From positions 1 through 58,425 of the forward strand of contig CAKRAM010000100.1 of the NCBI GenBank assembly GCA_934294965.1: 58,425 bases of DNA. The letters are read 5' to 3'. This DNA is from an uncultured Clostridia bacterium. GTDB taxonomy: Bacteria > Bacillota > Clostridia > Christensenellales > CAG-314. Of the stretch, positions 8,832 to 17,272 are shown piece after piece. The position numbers were made by a program, and so were the translations under genes. Numbering within the stretch: position 1 is the stretch's first letter; each line of letters opens with the position of its first letter. The notes below the pieces were generated by a model. That model saw only the letters and a program-made list of their open reading frames with translations. It searched no databases and was not told where the DNA came from.

Positions 8832-10082
8832 TTATTTGTTTTCTGCCTCGGCGGAAAGTTTGTTGTAAAGCGCGATTTGAGCAAAATGCAATTTGGTTAG
8901 CGGATTGGGTTTATTTATCGGGTAAATCCAATAGGTGTCTTTGCCGTCGAACAGGTCAAAAGCATCGCCACGTCCTTTGAAGTCGTACTCGATATGTACC
9001 GAACTCATGGAAATTGCATCGCGATGCAGCGTGTACGACTGACCGTCGTGAACCCCCTTGACGGTAAAACCGTTTTCGTCGTGAACCAAGTGTGCCACTT
9101 CCGGGAAACGAACAAAGCCTTTTCCGGAAAAAGATACGAGTTTTTCCACGTAAACGTCGTCCTCGAAGCGATACGTTCCGGCCTCTACTTCCTTTTTGAC
9201 GTTTGCCGCCTGATAGTCGTACCACTCGGTGGGATCGGTGTAGATATCTTTGCCGTCGTCGGCAAGCAATCTGCCGTATTCGTCCATCGTCCAACTTTTT
9301 CCGCAGTGCTTACACCAAATTTTGGTATCCTTGCTATCGGTTGTAAATTCCTCCCCGCAAGAGGGGCATTGATACAAAACGCGATGAATGTTGTGTGCAC
9401 GCTTGGGACTATCCACCTTTATTTTGTTTTCCAATTGCCAATGATAGTCGTTGTAGACAAACGCTTGCTCTATGCGAGATTGAATTTCTTCGGCGGACAA
9501 GGTTTGCACCTCTTCCAAAGTGGCGACCTGTTTCATTTCCGCAACCAAAGGCACTTTTCGGTACGGGCGTTTGCACCATTGTGGCGAACGAATAAAGTTG
9601 CCATGCATCACGATAACCACAACCGGGCATTTGCAAAGTTTTGCCAGTTTGCCCAGCGCCTTGTCGATGGGTTCGGTTTTGCCGATGAGCGAAAACCTTG
9701 CCTCCGGGAAGAACGTGCATGTTGTGTTCATTTTCTTTACCGAGTACGCAACGTTACGCACCACCGACGGTTCGTTGGTAAATTTGTGCTTGTAAATGCC
9801 GCCGATAGAACGCATTACGTAGTTCCTGCCCACAAACTCCTCTACGGAAACAACCCAAGTGCAACGATGTTTGGTGCAGCGATTGACCATAGGAAAGTCC
9901 ACAAACGACGAGTGAGTTGCTATTACCAAATAAGGAGGTTTTAGCCCTTCGCAATTTATGCGCTTGATTGTGGTTTTTGTACCCGCCAGATAGAAACCTT
10001 CTATTATCTTTTCCAGCCCGTACCAAAACAAATTGGGGCGTTTGGGACGGAGCGTTGTGTCGATTTTTTTGTATTCTTTCAT
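8832..10082 (-). CDS. PlsC-family (HX4D) acyltransferase with an internal CxxC...CxxC zinc ribbon and a beta-rich C-terminal domain
   Basis: HSSFVD acyltransferase motif. CPSCGEEF...CKHCGKSW zinc ribbon. Start at the ATG at 10082 (GGAG plus a 6-nt spacer); the ATG at 10094 is also possible. Confidence 0.75.
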   Translation of the reverse strand: MKEYKKIDTTLRPKRPNLFWYGLEKIIEGFYLAGTKTTIKRINCEGLKPPYLVIATHSSFVDFPMVNRCTKHRCTWVVSVEEFVGRNYVMRSIGGIYKHKFTNEPSVVRNVAYSVKKMNTTCTFFPEARFSLIGKTEPIDKALGKLAKLCKCPVVVIVMHGNFIRSPQWCKRPYRKVPLVAEMKQVATLEEVQTLSAEEIQSRIEQAFVYNDYHWQLENKIKVDSPKRAHNIHRVLYQCPSCGEEFTTDSKDTKIWCKHCGKSWTMDEYGRLLADDGKDIYTDPTEWYDYQAANVKKEVEAGTYRFEDDVYVEKLVSFSGKGFVRFPEVAHLVHDENGFTVKGVHDGQSYTLHRDAISMSSVHIEYDFKGRGDAFDLFDGKDTYWIYPINKPNPLTKLHFAQIALYNKLSAEAENK

Positions 10083-10491
10083 TGTTTTCTCCATATGCTT
10101 GCGGCGCGTGCCGTAACTATACTTTGTTGACATTTTTGCCAAAGCAAACTTGTTGCCCGACTTTTGGAACATTATACCACACAACGGGCAATTATGGCAA
10201 CGATTTGAACACGACATTTAACATTTGTTTACATTAAACAAATATCTTGATTTGCAGCATACACAAGCCGACTCTCCAAACAAAATACCCCGTTTACAAG
10301 ACAAAAGAAAAGTGTTATAGTAATACACGGGACAGGATATAAAACAATCGATTATGTTTGGTGCGCTTTCAGACAAAACTTCCGATATTACACACTATGT
10401 GATGTTAAAATTCGGACAAGTCCTATTTTAAGTTGCCACACGCAACTTCCACAATAAATTGTGCATCACGGTTTGAAAAAAAGGCAAAGTA

Positions 10492-10786
10492 GCAAGCCCT
10501 TGCAAGCAAACTTGCAACTTCTTGTACTATAAACTGTACGAAGTAAATCTTTTGCCTGTCGACAAAATCTTTCAAACACTTTCGTGTTTCCGCAAAAACT
10601 AGCGTTTTTGCCTTCAAGTATGTAAAACGGCGAAGTCGCAAGCCCTTGCAAGCAAGCTTGCAACTTCTTGTATTATAAACTGTACGAAGTAAATCTTTTG
10701 CCTGTCGACAAAATCTTTCAAACACTTTCGTGTTTCCGCAAAAAAAACTATCTTTTTCGCACTTCAAATATGTTAAACTGCGAAGT
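10492..10786. repeat. tandem duplication, 2 x 146 bp, in the divergent intergenic region
   Basis: Unit starts (GCAAGCCCTTGCAAGCAA...) are at 10492 and 10638. The first ~105 nt of the units differ at 2 positions and the last ~40 nt are diverged. The units contain the palindromes TTGCAAGC..GCTTGCAA and TGTCGACA. Confidence 0.9.
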
Positions 10787-10818
10787 TGCAAAAACCCTAC
10801 ACCGGGAGAAAACCATAT

Positions 10819-11577
10819 ATGCTGCTGGGATTTTTGAAAAAAGCCGCTCCGCTGCCTAATTTGACGCAATTCGACACATATTTGTTTGTTGGTCCGCACC
10901 CGGACGACATAGAAGTTGCCTGCGGCGGCACGGTGGAAAAACTTCGCAAAATGGGCAAAAACGTCCACTTTACGATTGCCACAAACGGTTGCGTGGGAAG
11001 TCTGGACGAAACTTTGACCGAAAGCCAAATTGTGGAAATTCGCCAAAGGGAAGCGACGGCATCGGCAAAACTGTTGGGCGTGACCGACGTGGAATTTTTG
11101 CCATATGACGACGGCTCGGCATACGACTGCAAACTTTTGACCGAAAGTTTAGTCAAAACGATTTTGCGAGTTAAGCCCGACATCGTGTTTTGCCCGGACT
11201 ATCTTTGCCCGTCCGAACTGCACCCCGACCACGTAAATGTGGGAGAGGCAACGTCAAAAGCCGTGTTTTTTGCCTCGTGGGACAAACTTACCGCGCGGCT
11301 GGGACTTACGGGCAGCGTGAAAAACATAACGATTGCGTTCTACTACACCGACAAGCCCAACGCATACGTAAATGTTAGCGGCTGCTTTGAGGCACACATG
11401 AATGCCATTGCCCTGCACCAATCGCAATTTTCGCAAAACGAACTGAACGCATACCGCAGTTATTTTAAGCTGCGGGAAATTAGATTGGGACTGAAAAGCG
11501 GCAAAGGTCGCGCCGAAGGTTACCGCGCGCTTGCACCTATTCACCAACACTGTTTTCCGGAAGTCAACGAATACTAA
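10819..11577 (+). CDS. PIG-L / LmbE family N-acetylglucosaminyl deacetylase
   Basis: LFVGPHPDDIEVACGG signature. Start trimmed to the ATG at 10819, with GGGAGA upstream. Confidence 0.85.
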   Translation: MLLGFLKKAAPLPNLTQFDTYLFVGPHPDDIEVACGGTVEKLRKMGKNVHFTIATNGCVGSLDETLTESQIVEIRQREATASAKLLGVTDVEFLPYDDGSAYDCKLLTESLVKTILRVKPDIVFCPDYLCPSELHPDHVNVGEATSKAVFFASWDKLTARLGLTGSVKNITIAFYYTDKPNAYVNVSGCFEAHMNAIALHQSQFSQNELNAYRSYFKLREIRLGLKSGKGRAEGYRALAPIHQHCFPEVNEY

Positions 11578-11779
11578 ATAGTTAGCAGTTCCGTTCCTAT
11601 CACCAATTACCCCCAAAGGCTGATTTTCAGCCTTTTTTTTCGAGCGCTCAACGTTGACAATTGTTAAGATTTAACAATCGTTAAATTATTTGTTGCAAAC
11701 GCTCCGATGCTGTGCTAAAATACAGTAGTTGTTATGCAAATTACATACGCAAGCAACTCCACAAGCTGAGGGAGGCTCT

Positions 11780-13084
11780 ATGAAGAAAACGATAAACGAA
11801 GAAGTTATGGCTTTGAAAGTCAAAAAGCCGGGATTGATTATGCACAGTGTGCTTTCCATCGTTACAAAAGCCTTATACTACAAAAAATGCAACGTTACGG
11901 TAAACTCTACCGTGGACTTGAACAAATACAAAGGCAAACCGCTGATGATAGTTGCAAACCACGCATCCAGAATGGACTACGCGTTTGTGACGTTTGCTAT
12001 TCCCAACAGAAAAATCAACTTTGTTGCCGCCGAAAACGAATTTCACCGCAAAAAGTTCAAATTTGCGTTTGCGGTGGGACATGTTATCCCCAAAAAGAAT
12101 TTCGTGCCGGATATTAAAGCCATAAAGTGCATGGCAAAAATTATCAAGCAGGAAAAGGAAGGAACGGTTTGCATTTTCCCTTGCGGAATGTCCACCGCTT
12201 CCGGAGCACAACAACCCTCGATGCTGGGCAGCGGCAAAATGCTTAAACACTACGGTGCAACCGTTTTGGGCGTGCGTATCCACGGAGGATACTTTGTAAG
12301 CCCCAAATTTGACATAACCGAACGCTACGGCAAAGTGGAAATTGAACTGTTCGAATTGTTCACCCCCGAACAACTTGCCGAATACGACGAAGAAACCATC
12401 CAACAAAAGATGGACGAGGCGATTTTCACCGACGACTACGCTTGGAACCAAACACGCCAAAACAGTTACAAGTGCAAAGGAGGCTTTGCCGACGAATTGC
12501 AACAACTGCTTTACAAATGCCCCGTTTGCGGAGAAGAAATGCAAATGGAAGGCAAAGGCAACGAAATTAAGTGCAAGAAGTGCGGCAACGGCGCAACGCT
12601 GGACGACAAATACAACCTTGTGGCGCTCCCCGGTAGCCGCGTCCCCAAAAACATCCGCGCTTGGTTCGACAACGAACGCCGCGCAATGGCACGCGAAGTG
12701 AAAAATCCCGACTTTTGTTTGGAAGAACACGTCACGCTGGGCGCATTGCCTGACTACGAATATATGCCCAACGACCGCATTTGCAACATCGTTGGCGAAG
12801 GCAAAATTCGTTTGGATCACAGCGGTTTCAGTTATGTCGGCACACGCGACGGAAAGCCTTGGGAAGTGTTTATAAAATCCGACGTGATAAACACACTTTG
12901 TTTGCCGCTGGACGCAAGTTTCTTCTATACCTATGCAAGCGGCGAATTTTTGCAATTTACGCCGGATACCAAAAGTTGCATGCGCTGGTCGTTTGCCGTA
13001 GAAGAAATGTACTGCTTAAACGGCGGAAAGTGGAAAAACTATCCTTGGTTCGACTACGAACACGACGAACCGCTTGTCCCTTGA
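11780..13084 (+). CDS. PlsC-family (HX4D) acyltransferase with zinc ribbon, paralogue of 8832..10082
   Basis: HASRMD motif. CPVCGEEM...CKKCGNGA zinc ribbon. Same three-part architecture as the upstream divergent gene. GAGGGAGG lies upstream of the ATG at 11780. Confidence 0.75.
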   Translation: MKKTINEEVMALKVKKPGLIMHSVLSIVTKALYYKKCNVTVNSTVDLNKYKGKPLMIVANHASRMDYAFVTFAIPNRKINFVAAENEFHRKKFKFAFAVGHVIPKKNFVPDIKAIKCMAKIIKQEKEGTVCIFPCGMSTASGAQQPSMLGSGKMLKHYGATVLGVRIHGGYFVSPKFDITERYGKVEIELFELFTPEQLAEYDEETIQQKMDEAIFTDDYAWNQTRQNSYKCKGGFADELQQLLYKCPVCGEEMQMEGKGNEIKCKKCGNGATLDDKYNLVALPGSRVPKNIRAWFDNERRAMAREVKNPDFCLEEHVTLGALPDYEYMPNDRICNIVGEGKIRLDHSGFSYVGTRDGKPWEVFIKSDVINTLCLPLDASFFYTYASGEFLQFTPDTKSCMRWSFAVEEMYCLNGGKWKNYPWFDYEHDEPLVP

Positions 13085-13191
13085 CGCCGACACAAAGACG
13101 ACTGCCACATCGTGTCGTAATCATGCTTGCAATACGTTCATCCAAGAGTTTTGATGATAAAAGCAAGCGGACGCAACGATAACTACAAAGT

Positions 13192-13227
13192 AAAACGGAT
13201 TGCCCGTCAAAAGGCAATCCGTTTTTA
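13192..13227. terminator. bidirectional intrinsic terminator between convergent genes
   Basis: AAAACGGATTGCC / GGCAATCCGTTTT 13-bp stem with A/T runs on both sides. Confidence 0.75.
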
Positions 13228-13262
13228 ATTTTGTTTGACATTCTTTTACCGTAGAAACGCTT

Positions 13263-14228
13263 TTATGCGGAAAGCATCCCCTCAACTGCGGCATCGTCGC
13301 AACGAGCGGAAATCTTGACGGGGAAGCCGAGTTCGCGTTGAAGGTAAGCGTCCAACCCTGCGATTTTTGCCGTACCGCCGCACAGCATAACACCGGTGCG
13401 CTTGACGAGCGATTGCAATTCCTGCGGAACGCCGGCAACCAAACCTTGGATAACCGTTACGTACTTTTTGGCAAAATCTACAACCGTGTCGTACAATTCC
13501 TTTGCGCTTACGGAGATATTTTCCGTTCCGCCGTGGCGCACGTTTTGTCCGGAAACGACAACCGCAGTTGCGTCGTTGGGGAACATACTCACGCAGTTGA
13601 CTTTTAGGTATTCGGCTTGCTCGAAGGACAAGTGTACCATGTACTTGGAAGCAATTCGCTCGATTATGGCTTCGGTAAGTTGTCTGCCGGCATAGTACAG
13701 CGTACAGCCGGAAACAATTGCGTTGGAGTACACAATTGCAATGTCGGCGCAATCGCAGCCCAAATCCGCCACAATGCCCTGACGCGTGCTAAACTCTCCA
13801 AACAGTTGATAACTTATTGCAACGGGCGTTTCCACAAAGAACACTTGCCTTGCGCCCAATCCCAAAAAGATGCCTTCCACCGTTTTTTTGTCGGCGGAGA
13901 TCATTCCGCAGGGAGATATGCAGTACACGTTGTACCTGTTGAACGCCGTAAGTTTGCCGCCGATAAGCCTTGTGAGCAATTCCGTCACCAACGCAGTTAC
14001 GCCTTCAACGTCGATTACCGCGCCTTCCAAAATAGGTCTGCCCAGTTTAACCGCTCCGTGTTGGCGGTTGTATTCCTCAAACGCGTCTAATCCGACGGCG
14101 ACGATTTCTTTGCTGTCCTGTCCGCCGTACGCGACGACCGACGGAATTTTGTCCACAAAGCCGTCCTTTTTGAGAGCGGCGGTTATGTAGTTTGCCCCTA
14201 AATCGAAAATCAAGTCGTAGTTTGCCAT
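13263..14228 (-). CDS. divergent MreB/Mbl-like actin-fold protein
   Basis: IFDLGANYITAA (phosphate-1-like) and LCGGTAKIAGLDAYLQRELGFPV (adenosine motif and typical MreB C-terminus). Located immediately downstream of maf, as in Bacillus maf-mreB synteny. AAGGAGA upstream of the ATG. Confidence 0.7.
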   Translation of the reverse strand: MANYDLIFDLGANYITAALKKDGFVDKIPSVVAYGGQDSKEIVAVGLDAFEEYNRQHGAVKLGRPILEGAVIDVEGVTALVTELLTRLIGGKLTAFNRYNVYCISPCGMISADKKTVEGIFLGLGARQVFFVETPVAISYQLFGEFSTRQGIVADLGCDCADIAIVYSNAIVSGCTLYYAGRQLTEAIIERIASKYMVHLSFEQAEYLKVNCVSMFPNDATAVVVSGQNVRHGGTENISVSAKELYDTVVDFAKKYVTVIQGLVAGVPQELQSLVKRTGVMLCGGTAKIAGLDAYLQRELGFPVKISARCDDAAVEGMLSA

Positions 14229-14331
14229 TTGTATCTCCTTCTACTCCGTAGCGAAAGTATGGTTATCGTATTATGTGTTTTGTGTTGTTTTTTGTTTTGA
14301 AAATCGCATTGCTTATGCCAAGTGCAAAGCG

Positions 14332-14889
14332 TTACTTTTGGTCGTCTAAAATCTTGTCCAGCACCGCAAAAATCTTTTCGGTGGGAAAACCTACCACGTT
14401 GTTGTAGCTTCCGTCGACGTTGCAAACGAAGCCGCTATCCTGCACGCCGTAGGCTCCGGCTTTGTCCAGCGGAGAACACGTTGCCACGTAGTCGTCGATT
14501 TGCTTGGAAGTTAGCGCGTGAAACGTAACAGCCGATGTTTCCGTAAAGGCAACAATACCTTGTGGATAGACTATGCAAACACCACTATGCACCAAGTGCG
14601 TTTTGCCGGACAACTCACTAAGCATTTGCCGCGCGTGGCTTTCGTTAAGCGGTTTACCCAAAAGTTTACCGTTGTCGTCCACCACCGTGTCGCATCCGAT
14701 TACGACGCAATCGCGATTGGCGGCATAGACGGAAAGCGCCTTGTCGACAGCCTGTTCCAAACACACTCCGCGCGGAGTTGCAGCATTGCTGCGTTCGGCA
14801 CAGGTTGCTCCGATTGCCGTATATTTGTACCCCGCTTGCAAAAGCAACTGTTTGCGCCTTGGGGAATTGCTTGCCAAAATCAATTTCAT
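14332..14889 (-). CDS. maf: Maf-like nucleoside triphosphate pyrophosphatase
   Basis: MKLILASNSPRRKQLL signature. Start trimmed to 14889 (14895 also possible), downstream of the stop of the preceding gene. Confidence 0.9.
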   Translation of the reverse strand: MKLILASNSPRRKQLLLQAGYKYTAIGATCAERSNAATPRGVCLEQAVDKALSVYAANRDCVVIGCDTVVDDNGKLLGKPLNESHARQMLSELSGKTHLVHSGVCIVYPQGIVAFTETSAVTFHALTSKQIDDYVATCSPLDKAGAYGVQDSGFVCNVDGSYNNVVGFPTEKIFAVLDKILDDQK

Positions 14890-14933
14890 ATTCATTGCCC
14901 TGCCGACAAATTCTGCAATAAGTATTTTTGTTT

Positions 14934-15755
14934 TTACTCCGTCGGCAAATTGTCGTAGTACCTTTGCAAAAAGTCCAACGCAAACACGCCGAAAAACTGC
15001 CTCCATGATAACTCGTTGTGAGCGTTGCCGCTTTCCAAAATAAGCCTACAATCCACGCCCGAGCGGACCAAATCGTCGTAAAGTCTTACAGAGTTGCACT
15101 TCATACGCTTGTCGGTGGTAAACTCGTCGCATTCCTTTCCTCCGCAGTAAATCACGGCTCTCATAGGTTTGGAGATTACCGTCTTTTTGACAAACCTGTT
15201 CCAACACTTTTGGTTGAACTCCGTATACGTGGAAAACAATCCCATTTGGGAAAATTGCCGCTGATATTCCAGTCCCAAGTAGGCGCTTATACGCCCGCCC
15301 ATGCTGCTGCCGATGACGGCATTGCCCTGACGAACCTTTTCGGTTTTGTACCTTGAGTTGACCTCCGCCATGAGGTTTTTTGCAAAAAACTCGGCGTATT
15401 TTTCGCCGTCGCGGCCGCGATTAAGTCGGCTTTTTGCAACCGTTCTTTTGGCTTTGAACGCCCTAAAAGCGATTTTCCACGGACTGTATTCCGAAAGGCG
15501 AAACCGCTCGTCCGATTCCACCGCCACCACAATTGCCTTGTAGCCGAATTTGGCATCGATTTCGTCCATAGTTTCCGCCGCGCGCCAACTGTTGCCAAAG
15601 TGGCAAAGCCTGTCGTAAAAGCAATTTTGCCCGTCCTGCATGTAGATAACGGGGAAACAATCGCCGTCGTCGTAGCCGTCGGGCAAATACACCCAAACGA
15701 TACGAGAACGATTGAGTTGCGGAATTTCTATTTCGAAACTTTCGATTCGGGACAT
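14934..15755 (-). CDS. alpha/beta hydrolase, putative esterase family
   Basis: VWVYLPDGYD...PVIYMQDGQN N-terminus and a GSSMGG nucleophile elbow. Confidence 0.75.
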   Translation of the reverse strand: MSRIESFEIEIPQLNRSRIVWVYLPDGYDDGDCFPVIYMQDGQNCFYDRLCHFGNSWRAAETMDEIDAKFGYKAIVVAVESDERFRLSEYSPWKIAFRAFKAKRTVAKSRLNRGRDGEKYAEFFAKNLMAEVNSRYKTEKVRQGNAVIGSSMGGRISAYLGLEYQRQFSQMGLFSTYTEFNQKCWNRFVKKTVISKPMRAVIYCGGKECDEFTTDKRMKCNSVRLYDDLVRSGVDCRLILESGNAHNELSWRQFFGVFALDFLQRYYDNLPTE

Positions 15756-15821
15756 AGTGTGCCTCGCTAAAACGATTATATTTTATTTTAGCATAGATTT
15801 GCCGCCAATGCAAGCGACAAA

Positions 15822-16316
15822 TCACAGGTCTATCGTGCGCAAATGCCCTGTAAAATTGAAACCTTCGTAGTTGTGTTGGCGCAAAGCCTCGTAGACGGCA
15901 ATTGCAACCGAATTGGACAAGTTAAGCGAGCGAGTGTCGGCAATCATCGGGATACGCACGGCGTGATCGTAATTGGCCGCAATAAGTTCTTCCGGCAAAC
16001 CTTTTGTTTCCTTGCCGAAAACCAAAAACACTTCGTCCGGGTACTGAACCTCTGTGTGGGCGTGCTGCGCCTTGGTGGAAAAAAAGTAGAACGGCTTATC
16101 CTCATACTGCGCGCGCAGTTCGTCAAAACCGTCGTGATAGTGAATTTCGCAATCTTTCCAATAGTCCAAACCTGCGCGTTTGAGCATTTTGTCGCTTGTA
16201 TCGAACCCCAAAGGGCGCACCAAATGCACCACGCTTCCCGTTGCGGCGGCAGTCCTAACTATATTGCCGGTGTTTTGAGGAATTTCCGGCTCGACCAAAA
16301 CTATATGTATTTTCAT
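15822..16316 (-). CDS. trmL: tRNA (cytidine/uridine-2'-O)-methyltransferase TrmL (SPOUT family)
   Basis: MKIHIVLVEPEIPQNTGNIVRTAAATG. Its ATG overlaps the dus stop (ATGA), indicating translational coupling. Confidence 0.85.
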   Translation of the reverse strand: MKIHIVLVEPEIPQNTGNIVRTAAATGSVVHLVRPLGFDTSDKMLKRAGLDYWKDCEIHYHDGFDELRAQYEDKPFYFFSTKAQHAHTEVQYPDEVFLVFGKETKGLPEELIAANYDHAVRIPMIADTRSLNLSNSVAIAVYEALRQHNYEGFNFTGHLRTIDL

Positions 16317-17272
16317 TGTACTTCCTCTGGTTTTTCCAAAAAATTACGCACGACGGAAAGCATTTCCTCCGACGAACGACTGTTCATTATTTGCACGACA
16401 ACCGGGCGAGAATTTCGGACGCCCTTCAAATAGGCGGCTACATGCTTTTTCATTTCGTTGTTGACAACCCTTGCCGAGTAGTTTTCGGCAAGCAATTTTG
16501 TGTGCCGCTCGATCAGTTCCAAAATGTTTATTTGATAAGCGATGTCGGCAATTTCCGAAAAAATCCAGGGCCGACCGATTGCAGCGCGACCGATTGCCAC
16601 TCCGTACGCGCCCATGGAAAGCAATTGCTCGTACCGCTGTGTGCCGTCCACATCGCCGTTGGCAAATACGGGAATGCCCACCGACGCGATTTGCGGCAAC
16701 AGGGAATAATCCGCCGTGCCGGAATACATTTGCTTTGCCGTGCGAAAATGCACCGTTATAAAGTCCGCGCCGCTATCCTTGCACATTTTTGCAAAGTCCA
16801 CGGCTTTGCTCGCATCAGTGATGCCCAAACGGAATTTTACCGACACGGGTTTGCCCTTTACCGCCAGTTTCACAGCCGAAATACACTGCGATGCGAGTTT
16901 GGGATTAGATAGCAGTGCCGAGCCGTCGCCACCGCCCACAATCTTTTTGACGGGGCAACCCATGTTGATGTCTATTCCTTGATATGCCTGCATTTGCGGC
17001 AGCAAAACGCTGTTTGCCATAACCTGCGGTTCGTGTCCGAAAATTTGACAAAAGGACGGGCATGCGCCGCTATCCAAACGAATGAGCAACGACTTTGTGT
17101 TTTGGTTGTTCATTTCGATGGCTTTGCTGCTTACCATTTCCGTAACGGTAAGCCCTGCGCCGAAATCGGCACAAATTGCTCTAAACGCCGGATCGGTGTA
17201 GCCTGCCATGGGCGCAAGCATGGTTTTTGCGTACGCCGAAGCAAACAACTTGTCCACAATTTCAACCGACAT
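16313..17272 (-). CDS. dus: tRNA-dihydrouridine synthase
   Basis: LAPMAGYTDPAFRAICADFGAGLTVTEMVS. TIM-barrel Dus pattern. Overlaps the yabN stop by 11 nt. Confidence 0.85.
   Translation of the reverse strand: MSVEIVDKLFASAYAKTMLAPMAGYTDPAFRAICADFGAGLTVTEMVSSKAIEMNNQNTKSLLIRLDSGACPSFCQIFGHEPQVMANSVLLPQMQAYQGIDINMGCPVKKIVGGGDGSALLSNPKLASQCISAVKLAVKGKPVSVKFRLGITDASKAVDFAKMCKDSGADFITVHFRTAKQMYSGTADYSLLPQIASVGIPVFANGDVDGTQRYEQLLSMGAYGVAIGRAAIGRPWIFSEIADIAYQINILELIERHTKLLAENYSARVVNNEMKKHVAAYLKGVRNSRPVVVQIMNSRSSEEMLSVVRNFLEKPEEVQ

Noticed and set aside
10423-11046. 207-aa minus-strand ORF, and the 65-aa ORF at 10466..10663, spanning the 146-bp tandem repeats.
   Set aside because: The repeated peptide (FERFCRQAKDLLRTVY) simply reflects repeated DNA. 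The same peptide appears from the third copy at 25285..25491. The long ORF also runs antisense into the well-supported PIG-L gene. It has no SD.
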